Origin: Neophaeotheca triangularis
Taxonomy: Eukaryota
Reading direction: 5' to 3'
DNA: 64,000 nucleotides
NCBI GenBank assembly: GCA_054600435.1
Contig: BAAIJX010000004.1
Coordinates: 372,001-436,000 of the forward strand
A program made the translations under genes and the position numbers. Below the pieces are notes generated by a model that saw only the letters and a list, made by a program, of their open reading frames with translations, was not told where the DNA came from and did not search any database. Shown one piece after another: positions 24,454-35,525 of this stretch (positions are counted from its first letter, which is position 1; each line of letters starts with the position of its first letter).

Positions 24454-27400
24454 ATGACTGCGGACGTTGCCCGCAATAACATGCGTACTCCCACTGCGGA
24501 AAGGCCCTTTGACCTATTGCGGGCAGATTCTGCCATGTTCACCGACTCCATGCCATATATGAGGCAACAGTACGCCGTCCCAATCCAGCATAGCCATGCC
24601 AATAGAAGCGACAGAGGCGCGTTGATGGAGGACGGCGAGCAGACTCCCCGGCCAGAGAACAACCTCCGCAGAAAAACACCAAATGGCATTCTCAATGCAG
24701 GATATGACGGCTCAGCGGTGCAGCAAAATGCACAGAAACACCAAATACTCCTGGCCAACGAGGACCCCCGCGGCTATCAGCATTCAGGCAATCCTTCGGG
24801 CAGCAAGAGAACGTTTCTGCAGCATCAGCAGCATCAAAGCCGAGCATACGGGTGGGATAGCCCAAATCGAGCCGAATGGCAAAATGGAATGTTCCCACCG
24901 CCTGGAGCATTTCCCGTCATGGACTCAACATTGCAGCAAATGCCCGTGCAATACCTCAACCAGCCGAACTATTATGAACAGAGCGTCCCTAGCGTACTTG
25001 GGCCGTCCTTCCACTACCAAGGACCAACTGCGTCTGGTGGTCAAGGAGCAGGCCCCTATGGTCCCTATTGGCATGATGGCACCTTCATTCCATATAGGCC
25101 GGCTGCGCTACGTGATCCGCGCTTCTATCATCAACCCCCGGCGAACTGGCCCACCGGCCACCCATCGCAGCATCCCAACAGCCTGATGCATCAGCATGCT
25201 CCCGCCTCAGCTCAATGGACCCATCCTGCTGCCTTCAGTTCGTACATTGCGCATCTTCAATTCGATCATCAGAACATGTTGCAGAGGGGTCTGATGCCCG
25301 GGCCTGGGCTTATGCCTCTTTCTGCTTTGCCCTCCGCCCCCAACGTCCGCCCTTCTATGGTGAATACTAATCATCTCAGCAATTTCGGTCCAAACCTCCC
25401 CGGGCGCGGAGCGGGCTATCACAACAACGGTAGTAGCGATATCGATGCTCTGGGCTATGGACCCTATGTTGAAGATGAGTACGGTCCCTCATCTCCGAAC
25501 GGCAAACAGAGGGATAAGGTTTTCGCGTGGGCCCTTCAGCAATACAGGGAGCTACTCTCCTTTATACACCATACAAGGCGACAGCAGCAGCACAACAGAC
25601 ACGCTCAGGGTCAGCCACAAGTTCCACAACGGCCAAGTTTCTACCCAAAACCCCCGCGTCCATCGGGATCTGGCTCTTCAAGTTTTGCCGAGAAGAAGGC
25701 GCAGCTGGGTAGACAAGCGCGCACTATCAGTGATAGTCTGTCGAGATCTGGGGTTCGAAATCCTGCGAGCATGGCGATTGATGACAGCATGCAGACTGCT
25801 GAATCCGCTCAAGGGGACCCCAAAAGTCGCGTTGCCTCCATGGGCACCTCCAACAACGTACGTAGCATCGGCAGCGAGGAATCTAGAAGGCGTTCATATC
25901 CCCAGCATAACGCTGCGGTTACCCAACAGCGACATCCGATGAGTTATGATCCCCACGGAAACCAGCTACTACAGACACCATCCATTGTGCCACCACTAGA
26001 CGAAGCTCCGCCCACGCGTGCGTCGGTAGCTCTTGCACAAATCACGCAGCTATGTGACGACTCACAGTGGCAGTGGGTTGACGGTATGCATCTCGCCGGC
26101 TGTATAGCGTACGGTCTTAGCAATTACGAAAAAGCGGAAAAGTGGTACAGCAAGGTCCTCGACAAGGACCCCAAACACCTCGAGGCGACTTCCAATCTCG
26201 CTGCAACTTTCCTGGCGCTGGGTCGAAGGCGAGAAGCCGAGCAACACTGGACGAAGGTTGTCAAATCTGCACCGAATCATTTTGAAGCTGTGGAGCATTT
26301 GATCGGCATGCTTTGCTACGAGTCGAGGAGCAAGGATGCTATCAAAGTCATTGAGTACGTTGAGCGTTGCCTACGATTACCTAAAGGCGGTGATTCCCTC
26401 AAGATTGCAGACCAGCAATCCGACTGTTCCATGTCTTCGGCCAGCCGGTCCCCCTGCATATCGGATGCATCTGACCGCATCACATACGATTTCGACGCAG
26501 ACCGAGAGAGCCCTTTTCTCGACTTCCTCGATGGACCAGGTACCTCAGAGCCTGGCTTCGGTTCTAGTGGTTTTGCCATACCAGGTTCCGATAACGGACG
26601 TATCCTTGCCCTGCTACACGCGAAAGGTAACATGCTTTACGCTCTGGGCGACAACGGCGGCGCTGTGAAGGCCTTTGAGGATGCAGTCCTCATAGCAGTT
26701 GGACGTAGTGTCAATGGTGTTCAAGGCCTTGTCAATCACATCTCGAGCGCGGTTGCTACCTCCAGTACGCCAAAAGAAACCCTGTCCATTAGGCAAATCC
26801 TCCCAACGCGCGAACCCATATTGCTGTCGCCCGACCAGGCTTTGGCCACAGCACGGCTCTGTTTTCCGTACTATGGCGAACTTTCTGGCCTGCAACACGT
26901 TCCCGGCGGTCCTCAGAGCCTCGCGCGAAAGGCGGTCATCTCCACGACGAGCAATTCGCTGTTGTCGCTGGCGAAGATATTCCAGGATGCAATGTCAAAC
27001 CCCACTCGCTCTAGCGGTCTCACTCCGCTAGCATCCGGTGTTCGCGACATACTAGCGCTATACTACCTGTCGCTGTCGTTACAACCCAGCCCATCTACAG
27101 CAAACAATGTCGGAATTCTGCTCGCTAGCATCCAACAAACCAATCTGCCGACCGAAACCACCCAGAAACTCGAAATCCCGGGGGTCGTTCCTGGAAGTGG
27201 TGTTGCGCTCGCACTGCAGTACTACAACTACGGCTTGCAACTCGACCAGCACCATGCGCACTTGTACACCAACCTCGGCAGCTTGCTCAAAGACATTGGG
27301 CAGCTGGATGCTGCCATCAACATGTACGAGCGCGCGGTCAAATGTGATGGCAAATTCGACATCGCCCTTGCTAATCTTGCAAACGCTGTCAAGGACAAGG

Positions 27401-29532
27401 GCCGGATCGCCGATGCTATAGTGTACTACAAGCGCGCCGTGCAAGTCAGCCCCGAGTTCGCCGAAGCAGTGTGTGGTCTGGCGAATGCTCTCAATTCCGT
27501 TTGCGGATGGCAGGCACGTGGTGGCATTGCCGAGGACGGTGGCAAGAGGGATCGCTGGCATGTTGATGCTAATGGCATGCTTCTCGATGCTACTCAGCCA
27601 GGAGCGTCGAGCTCGGGTTGGGTCAAGCGGGTCGTCGACATCGTCGAGAAGCAGCTTGCTGAGGGCGCCGGCTGGGGCAGCCACACTGTAACGAGCATGG
27701 TGGTGGAAGATATGTGCAACCAAGTGACCGTGGCCGATGGCTCTACATCCGACATGGAGGAATGGAAAACCCAGTTACGCATGACGCTCACTGCCTGGGC
27801 TGGTCGAGGATGGGAGGGTGCCCGGCTCACCAGGCTCATTGAGCGTGCGACGAAACGCATCGCCTGGCAATGGTATCAAGATGTCCACGTCAAGCAACAA
27901 CAGCAAGCGTCGAGTACCTACAGGAGACCGCAGCTACCGGGTTCGTTGGCCGTTCCAACAGCGCCGACCGTCCTGCCCTTCCACACCTTTACCTGTCCAA
28001 TGTCTGCGAAGCAGATCAGGCTAATCTCACAGCGCAATGGCCTCCGCATCTCCGTGTCGACGCTGCGTGCTCCCTGGCTCCCAAAGCTGGTGTATCCGCC
28101 CCCTCGGCCACCGAAGCCTTGCCTACGAGTTGGCTACGTCTCTTCGGATTTTAACAACCACCCTCTGGCGCATCTAATGCAGTCAGTGTTCGGCTTGCAC
28201 GACACGGACCGGGTCGAAGCGTTCTGCTACGCCACAACAGCCGGCGACAGTTCAATACATCGTCGACAAATCGAGAACGAAGCGCCGCATTTCCACGACG
28301 CGAGCACATGGTCAGCAGAACGTCTGGTCCGCCAGATTGTCGCCGACGGTATCCACATATTGGTCAACCTCAACGGCTACACACGGGGCGCTCGCAACGA
28401 AGTATTCGCTGCTCGTCCCGCGCCGATTCAAATGTCGTTTATGGGTTTCGCGGGCACTTTGGGGGCTGAATGGTGCGACTACTTACTTGCAGACGAGACG
28501 GCCATTCCGCCAGAAACTCTGAGGCCATGGCGACGCAACGTCAACGTCGCAGATCAGCTCGTGGACGACAATAATGAAAGCGAGGATGATGGCTGGGTGT
28601 ACGGCGAAAACATCATTTACTGCCGCGACACTTTCTTCTGCTGCGACCACAAACAGAGCTCCGCCGAAGCAAAAGAACAGACAATCAGCTGGGACGAAGA
28701 ACGCCGCCGACGATGGCAAATGCGCAAAGAGCTGTTTCCGCAATTACCAGACGAAACCATCATCCTGGGCAATTTCAACCAGTTGTACAAGGTTCGTGAC
28801 TTGACTAGACAAACCCCGCGGGCTTGGCGGCAGCCATTCAAACTAACACCACCAACTCTGCAGATCGAGCCCACGACTTTCAGAACCTGGCTCCGCATCC
28901 TCGCCCGCGTGCCCAACGCGATTCTCTGGCTTTTACGCTTCCCAGACCTGGGTGAATCGCACTTGTTAACCACCGCCCGGCTCTGGGCAGGCCCGGACGT
29001 CGCCTCACGAGTCATTTTCACTGACGTGGCGCCCAAACACTTGCACATCTCGCGGGCGCGCGTCTGCGACCTCGTGCTCGACACGCCCGAATGCAACGCT
29101 CACACGACAGCGGCGGATGTGCTGTGGAGCGGGACGCCGCTGCTGACGCTGCCGCGGTACGCGTATAAGATGTGCAGTCGCATGGCGGCGAGTATTCTGC
29201 GGGGGGCTTTGCCGAAGAGTGCGGAGGGTGACAGGGCGGGGGAAGAGCTGGTGGCGACGAGTGAGGAGGATTATGAAGACAAGGCTGTGGTCTTGGCCAA
29301 GGGGTTGGAGTATCAGCGGGGTTGTATGGGGGTCGGGGAGGGCAGGTTGGTGGAGCTGAGGGAGCTGCTGTTTAGGGCGCGTTGGAACTGTGGACTTTTT
29401 GATACCGAGCGGTGGGTTAGGGATCTCGAGGATGGGTATGAGGAGGCTTGGAGGCGCTGGGTAAGGGGTGAGGGTGGGGACATTTGGTTGAAGGATTTGC
29501 CCATGGGGGGTTCGAGGGCGGCGGCGGGGTGA
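24454..29532 (+). CDS. OGT: TPR-containing GT41 O-linked GlcNAc transferase (OGT/SEC type)
   Basis: TPR repeats plus catalytic-region motifs RVGYVSSDFNNHPLAHLM, LVNLNGYTRGARNEVFA, NFNQLYK|IEP and LDTPECNAHTTAADVLWSG. One intron at 28792-28863. The true start codon is uncertain. Confidence 0.92.
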   Translation: MTADVARNNMRTPTAERPFDLLRADSAMFTDSMPYMRQQYAVPIQHSHANRSDRGALMEDGEQTPRPENNLRRKTPNGILNAGYDGSAVQQNAQKHQILLANEDPRGYQHSGNPSGSKRTFLQHQQHQSRAYGWDSPNRAEWQNGMFPPPGAFPVMDSTLQQMPVQYLNQPNYYEQSVPSVLGPSFHYQGPTASGGQGAGPYGPYWHDGTFIPYRPAALRDPRFYHQPPANWPTGHPSQHPNSLMHQHAPASAQWTHPAAFSSYIAHLQFDHQNMLQRGLMPGPGLMPLSALPSAPNVRPSMVNTNHLSNFGPNLPGRGAGYHNNGSSDIDALGYGPYVEDEYGPSSPNGKQRDKVFAWALQQYRELLSFIHHTRRQQQHNRHAQGQPQVPQRPSFYPKPPRPSGSGSSSFAEKKAQLGRQARTISDSLSRSGVRNPASMAIDDSMQTAESAQGDPKSRVASMGTSNNVRSIGSEESRRRSYPQHNAAVTQQRHPMSYDPHGNQLLQTPSIVPPLDEAPPTRASVALAQITQLCDDSQWQWVDGMHLAGCIAYGLSNYEKAEKWYSKVLDKDPKHLEATSNLAATFLALGRRREAEQHWTKVVKSAPNHFEAVEHLIGMLCYESRSKDAIKVIEYVERCLRLPKGGDSLKIADQQSDCSMSSASRSPCISDASDRITYDFDADRESPFLDFLDGPGTSEPGFGSSGFAIPGSDNGRILALLHAKGNMLYALGDNGGAVKAFEDAVLIAVGRSVNGVQGLVNHISSAVATSSTPKETLSIRQILPTREPILLSPDQALATARLCFPYYGELSGLQHVPGGPQSLARKAVISTTSNSLLSLAKIFQDAMSNPTRSSGLTPLASGVRDILALYYLSLSLQPSPSTANNVGILLASIQQTNLPTETTQKLEIPGVVPGSGVALALQYYNYGLQLDQHHAHLYTNLGSLLKDIGQLDAAINMYERAVKCDGKFDIALANLANAVKDKGRIADAIVYYKRAVQVSPEFAEAVCGLANALNSVCGWQARGGIAEDGGKRDRWHVDANGMLLDATQPGASSSGWVKRVVDIVEKQLAEGAGWGSHTVTSMVVEDMCNQVTVADGSTSDMEEWKTQLRMTLTAWAGRGWEGARLTRLIERATKRIAWQWYQDVHVKQQQQASSTYRRPQLPGSLAVPTAPTVLPFHTFTCPMSAKQIRLISQRNGLRISVSTLRAPWLPKLVYPPPRPPKPCLRVGYVSSDFNNHPLAHLMQSVFGLHDTDRVEAFCYATTAGDSSIHRRQIENEAPHFHDASTWSAERLVRQIVADGIHILVNLNGYTRGARNEVFAARPAPIQMSFMGFAGTLGAEWCDYLLADETAIPPETLRPWRRNVNVADQLVDDNNESEDDGWVYGENIIYCRDTFFCCDHKQSSAEAKEQTISWDEERRRRWQMRKELFPQLPDETIILGNFNQLYKVRDLTRQTPRAWRQPFKLTPPTLQIEPTTFRTWLRILARVPNAILWLLRFPDLGESHLLTTARLWAGPDVASRVIFTDVAPKHLHISRARVCDLVLDTPECNAHTTAADVLWSGTPLLTLPRYAYKMCSRMAASILRGALPKSAEGDRAGEELVATSEEDYEDKAVVLAKGLEYQRGCMGVGEGRLVELRELLFRARWNCGLFDTERWVRDLEDGYEEAWRRWVRGEGGDIWLKDLPMGGSRAAAG

Positions 29533-31939
29533 TGATGGAAGGGTACTTACTTTTAGGAGGCGTTGCATTGGATGTGGTTTTGGAGGTGTTTACGTAGGTG
29601 TCTTGCGCTTGGCGATGCCGGTTTTACATGGCCTACTGCGTATGTCGATGCTTTGGTCGTTGTGAACCGCTAGATTGGTGACTTGTTCATGCATTCCTTG
29701 ATCGTGAGGACTGACTGGCCCAGGCGACTCATGACGGCAAAACGCGGAGCAATGTGAAGCATGCTGTCGTTCCCCCGGCAGATGTACTATCGAATGCACT
29801 GAACCCCTTCGCAGCGTACACAAAGTAAGTTGAGCAAGACCCATCGCTCACCTACCACAGATTGGTATACAAAAGTCTCCAGAGTGCGATGAATGGCCGG
29901 ACAGACACCGACAGAGCGGTACCTTCCACACGAGAGAGAGAGAGAGAGAGTCGTGATTCCCGCGCGCCGGCAGACATCAAAGAGCATCACCCGTGATCGC
30001 TTCCAGCGCATCGGTATAGGCAAGAAGCCGAAATCCGAATCCAAAAGCAAATCACACTGCATTGTTACACTATACATCAATGGCGTGTACGGAAGAAAGC
30101 ACCATCAGACCCTCGCGCAAAAGGAGGAGGAGAGCCAAATGAGAGGAGGTAGGGATGGAGATGGCCGCCGCGTATCGTATTCTGATGAGAGGCATGCAGC
30201 ACAAACAACACACCCCACCCTTGCTCAGCGGTTAGTAAATTAAGCCAGAGAGCTGCGGACGAATGCCTGATGCGGCAAGACGCCTAAATGCCAGCGCCCG
30301 ATTCGTACATTTTATTCCTTGGGCATTTTCCGTTTCGGGCGCATGGGTGGAAAGCTGGCGGTTGTCCGAATCGGCCGAGTTTCAAAGGGCGGGGACGGAG
30401 GCTGGACGGGGTTCCGGTGGCGAGGTAAGCGCGGGAGTCGAAAAAATGAAAGAGGAATTCCATAGGCATCGTGGCCTTGTGCGGCGAGGATGATGATGAC
30501 GATGATGTTTGAAGACCCGAGGTTTTTCTCCCTCTGGATTCAGTTTCTTGGGATGGATTCGTCGGTACCGTCGCATCATTTGTTCCGTTGGCACGCGGGA
30601 AACATTATTATTGTTGCACGTGGGGTGTGCTACCGCAAGACTACGCGGAACGCCGTTGGGTGTCTTTCGCCATCGATACTAATACTCTAAACAGTACCCT
30701 CTATAGTTTGTCTGCTAGGAGATGGAGTCGTGAGAACAATAATATCCTAAGGGGGGGCCTCTTGTCGTGTAAGGTTCTGCTCCTAGACGTTGATATCTTG
30801 TCCGTGCTGAATGGTGGATACTACCTATTTGCATGAAGAATTGGTGAATCTCGGAAAGGGGCCGAGCTGTCTACACACAGGTACTACTACTGTCTAGTAG
30901 TAGTGTCTCTATCGGGGCGCAAACACTGATCTTCTCCATAGCACGATCCGCGATGTGCCGCAGCAAACGAGGACGGACCCCCTTGAGCCTTCTCGCTTGA
31001 CCCGGTGTGTGGCAGACATTATTATCATAATTCCATCAACATGCGACTCTCTTATCATGTTTGCAAGGGCGAGAGTCAATAATCCCTAGCGGGAGGCGGC
31101 AGCGTGATAAAACGGTGGTGCGAGAAACGGCGCGCATGTGTAGAGAGACGGGTGGTGGGGCAGCTGCCAGGTGTACCGTGTACCATGTACCGTGTACCGT
31201 GTACCCAGGCTGTAGCCCGCTGTGCAACGTCGTCGTTGAAGCGCACCGGCTTGGCTTGGCAATTGCCCCCCCCCCCCCCCCCCAACACGGGCTTGCCCAC
31301 TTTTGGATTTGGCAAGCGAGGCGCTAGTCGAAACGGGCAAGGCGCGCCTCGTTTCGGGACCCAGATCTGAAGAGATGGTAGATCGGTAAAACGTTAGCGA
31401 TCCGCAGAGCCTTTTAACTTCCAGTGTAAGCGTCGGGTTGTTTATCCCAGCCACGAGTGCAGGCGTTGCGAGCCATGGCATTGTTCAGAAGATGGCCTCA
31501 GGTCCTTTATCAACTCTCAGTCAGTATTATCGAATGATGCAGTGTGGATAGGATGGTACTTCGTCGAGGTCGGTAATATAGTATCAGCCGCCCTGGGCCC
31601 ACGCGGACGGCCTGAAAGAATTATTCTGTCTCGGGAGGGAACATGGTTCGATGGCGTGCTCTCGAGACAGGGAGCAAAGCCGGGCTGGAGACGGCGGTGT
31701 GTGTCTTCTCGAACCTTGGGTCGACGTTTTGGGAAAGACGACGCAAACCTGGGCTGTCAAGTCTGCAGTCGAAAACGTTAAATTGACTCGAAAGAGTTCG
31801 GCAGACCGTCACAGACTGACTGACTCGGCGTTTGGGAGGTAGCTGCCCGGGATTGTTGTCTTGACTCTTGCGTCCTATATACGAAGATCGCAAGCTGAGG
31901 AATTGTTGAAGACGGGTTGACAAGCACCCTGGCGAGTCA

Positions 31940-31974
31940 GAGGTCGTTTACCTTGAACCTCATAACCATAAGCA
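31940..31974 (+). repeat. Left terminal inverted repeat GAGGTCGTTTACCTTGAACCTCATAACCATAAGCA
   Basis: Exact reverse complement of 35491-35525. Confidence 0.97.
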
Positions 31975-32254
31975 AGGCGCCATAAGCGCAGTTTTCGCTC
32001 GATTAGGGTAAGACATCCGGTCTTGGCCGTCGGCAATTGACTGATCCATTGGTATGGTTTATCGTTTCCTTGTTATGGCCATAAGCTCTTCGAGCCAGTC
32101 GGGTTACTCGATTAGGTCGTGCTCTTGAAATGTAGCTCCCCTCGACCATAAGTGCACACTCGATTACTGCATGTAGCTAGTCGGTATTGACCCTTGTCTA
32201 TCATGAAGTTTATAGCGGAGTCTGCGGGGGTGTCTGTCTGCTCTGCCATGGGCC

Positions 32255-33598
32255 ATGGCCTTGTATATGCACATGGCCGTAGTTATGGACCCTCCGGACG
32301 AGCTCGAGAGCGACCAAAATGATGGCCAGGACACCGAATCTGATGACTCTAACACTATGGCGGATATTGCGCACCTTGTACTGCATGGCGCAACAGTCTC
32401 CTACCTTGCGTTAGTAGACGCGTTGGCCGCCAGTCCGCGGCCTCGATACCGGCCGCTAGGGGTAGTAACCGTCCTTCATGCACCTACTCGAGGCGCTCAA
32501 GAGGCTGCTGTATTGCTCTATGGCCCTGATACCAATCAGTGCTTTGAAATAACGCGGTTGCGACAGCCACTATTGCGGAGGTTGCTGTTAGATCTATGTC
32601 AAGAGCATGGTCTTCAGGACACAAGGGATGTGCTTGCTAGCGAGCAATTGGTAATATACCTCTAGTGGGTAGGCCACCGCAGGACTATGAGAGACCTTCG
32701 CTGGACATGGTAGCACTCCGCACGCTTGATATGGCGGTATATTCGAGCAGTTATAAAGGCCCTTGGTAGCCTATATCAGGTCACGGTAAAACAGCCAATA
32801 GAGCTCACACCTATACCGTTCCAAGGCCCTGAACTTAGTAAAGGCTGGCCTTGGTTTAAGGACTATGTTGGAGCCATAGACGGCTCGCAAGTACCGCTTG
32901 TAATACCACCAAAAGGGAACAGTGACCGCGGCGCCTGGCGGAATAGAAAGGGGTTCATCTCGTAGAACGTCTTTGTTGCATGCGACTTTGATATGCGCAT
33001 AACCTTCGTCGTTGCCGGTTACCAAGGGTCTGCGCATGACGGTACTATGTTGCGCAAGGCAGTTCAGTAGGGGTTCGCTACCCATAGAGAGCGGTATTAC
33101 CTTGCTGACGGTGGCTACTCTCCTAATAACCCCATGCTCTTGGTGCCATATCAGAAGACACGTTACCACCTCAGGGAGCAATATGCCTCTTCACAACGGC
33201 CAAAGACGAAGGAGGAGCTGTTTAACCTCCGCCATGCACAATACCGTAACATTATCGAGCGTCTCCTTGGTGTCATGAAAGCTCGGTGGCTAATCCTTGC
33301 CCTTGGACCTCATAAGAGCACTTCAATGAAGTCCCAAATACGCTTTGTCTATGCTCTTTCTGCCCTCCATAACTGGCTCATTGACGTAGGTGTGCCACCT
33401 GAAGACGAGGACTGATTTGCTGAGTTTGAAGACCCCAAAAATCCGGATTGGGAGGTACCGCTAGATTTTGGTATTGTTTCGAGCGCAGTCAGTGACAGAC
33501 GGGAGCGCATTGCTCAGGCCATGTTTGATGATTACGTGCTCCTTAGTAGAGAGGCAAGAGAGCGTGAAGAGGTTAGTAGCGAGAGTAGTGGTGAATAG
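32255..33598 (+). pseudogene. Harbinger/HARBI1-like DDE transposase with premature stops
   Basis: One frame carries FKDYVGAIDGSQV, WRNRKGFIS*NVFVACDFD, GSAHD, YYLADGGY, RYHLRE, FNLRHAQYRNIIERLLGVMKARW and RERIAQAMFDDY. Stops are TAG at 32663, 32711, 32963 and 33068, and TGA at 33413. Confidence 0.92.
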
Positions 33599-33942
33599 TA
33601 GTAGGTAGCAAGGATATCATGGATGTGCGAACAAGGTTTTCTGCCAACACGTGACATTGTCTATTTGCCTCGTCAAGATACAGACAAGGTACGATCTCGT
33701 AGAGACTACTAGCAATTCCTACCTCTATACTATCTAGTGCAAGCAATAGACTAAAGGCGGTGAGCAGCTAACTAACAGCTTGGCAATCTAACTCCCAACT
33801 CTAACTCCTAACTCTACCTCCTATACCTCCTACTCCTTTACCACTAACTATACCGTCGAGCAGAGACTGTACTCGCGATGCCGCTACCCGGTGAGGTATT
33901 GTTCACAGTCGTTGTGAACAATAGAAATCAGGCACAGTCGAG

Positions 33943-35253
33943 TCAGTCATACCGCTAGTAGGCACGCTAATCGGTCCAGTATGGGAGTTACTACGGCAAT
34001 ACCAACTACTAACTGTTCCACCCTAGGCCCTCTAGCGCTGGATATGGCGACGCATATTCATCATACCCTCGCCACCCCTAGCTCCCATACTGGCTTCCAA
34101 AAACGGCTCCTGAGGATACTGAGGAAGGGGGTGGAGCTGAATAACCATATGGTGACGGCCTTTGTGGCGCAAAAGTAGTTGGGTTGGGGACACCAATACC
34201 AACACTAACACCAAGGAACCGCTTCGCATAGGCGACACGGTCTCGCTCTGGTAGAGCAACGAGCACCTCTGCCCTTCCACTGACTCTTATCCCCTCGACA
34301 ATATCTAGTCGCTCCTCTAAGCCAAGGTCCTAGAAGTCCTTAAGTCTACCAAGCGCAGTTACCGCTTCAGTAACTACTGTCTGGCGCCGGCGGTTGGAGT
34401 TCAAGCGGTCTAGTGACCGCATCATCATTTTGGAGTGTTGTAAGGCCAGATCAACTGCCGGTGACGACTCGGACGCAGACGTATAGGCTCCTTTATGAGC
34501 CTTTCCTTTAGCGGCCTTTTTGGCCCCATAAGCAGCCTCCTTACGCAACCCTAAGAGGCCACCATGCGAGGGTGTCTTAAAAAGGCTTGCATTACTGTCG
34601 TCAGAGTCATCGGACGTAGTCGATTCAAACGCCTTAGTCGGTTCCATTGCAAAGTCGCCAGTAGTAAGACGGTCACCAAAAAGCTCCATACACTGAAGGT
34701 AGATAGGGGGGAGCTTCCGCTTGAACTGCCGGCGGTCCTTGTGCTCCTCAAAGTACTCCTCTTCAACCTCTATGTCTGTAGAAGGGGGTAGAGGCAGACC
34801 GTCTTGCTCCAGTTCACCAGACCAGGTACCCCAACCACTGATTGCTCCAAGGTGCTGCTTCCAAACCTTCCATGTGCGCTTGAGGTGGTCGTACTTCGTA
34901 CGAGCTTGTTTCACACTAATAGAGCAACCAAAAGAGCGACCAACTGTCCTTGCTGCGTCTTGCAAATCGACGTCCTTGAAGCCTGCGTTGTCTGTCTGTT
35001 TGCCGTCTTTAACGAACGTATAGAGTGTGTCTGCCAGTGCCATAACCATAGGCTCTGACCACACCAATCTATCCACCTCTTGGCTTGCACTGGGACGCTC
35101 TTCTACTACATAGCCCCTAGTGGCTGTTTTTCGACTCTTTTTTGGTGCAGACCTCGCAGATCGCTTGCGCTTGTTGGTGGACGGTGGGGCTACAATAGAC
35201 GCTTCACGAGAAGGAGCGCTCTGGCTGTTGAATATGACAATTTGCTCGTCCAT
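33943..35253 (-). pseudogene. Myb/SANT-like DNA-binding partner protein of the Harbinger element
   Basis: The 307-aa open part has an NLS-like KRKR and a Trp-spaced Myb/SANT-like domain (LVWSEPM...DNAGFK...RTKYDHLKRTWKVW...SGWG). The frame continues past the TAG at 34330 through several TAG/TAA codons to a TGA at 33943. Confidence 0.8.
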
Positions 35254-35490
35254 GGCGACAGAGTGTGGTTTTGATAACTAACAATATGGCGGTATACCGA
35301 CGGATCACTAATAAGTACTGACATCAAAGACAGCAGGACATGGAGTTGACAGCGACACCACCCTTGGCATGCACTAACTGATAACGGCAATTATGGCAAA
35401 GAGCGGTAAACAGAGCACCATAACTGGCCCCGAGAACAACCTAATCGAGCGATCGGCACACGCACCATAACGGCCACCATAAACGGCGAC

Positions 35491-35525
35491 TGCTTATGGT
35501 TATGAGGTTCAAGGTAAACGACCTC
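35491..35525 (-). repeat. Right terminal inverted repeat
   Basis: Exact reverse complement of 31940-31974. Confidence 0.97.

Larger units (their letters stand above)
31940..35525. mobile_element. PIF/Harbinger DNA transposon, full length (3,586 bp), mutationally inactivated
   Basis: Perfect 35-bp TIRs and a 3-bp TCA direct repeat on both flanks (31937-31939 and 35526-35528). It encloses convergent DDE transposase and Myb/SANT genes. Confidence 0.95.

Noticed and set aside
32255..35253. Alternative genetic code (TAR=Gln) or A-to-I stop editing as the explanation for the in-frame stops
   Set aside because: Host genes end normally in TAA or TAG (RPL12, SEC62, BMS1). The diagnosable stops map to Gln rather than Trp positions, and CpA>TpA RIP is the simpler explanation.
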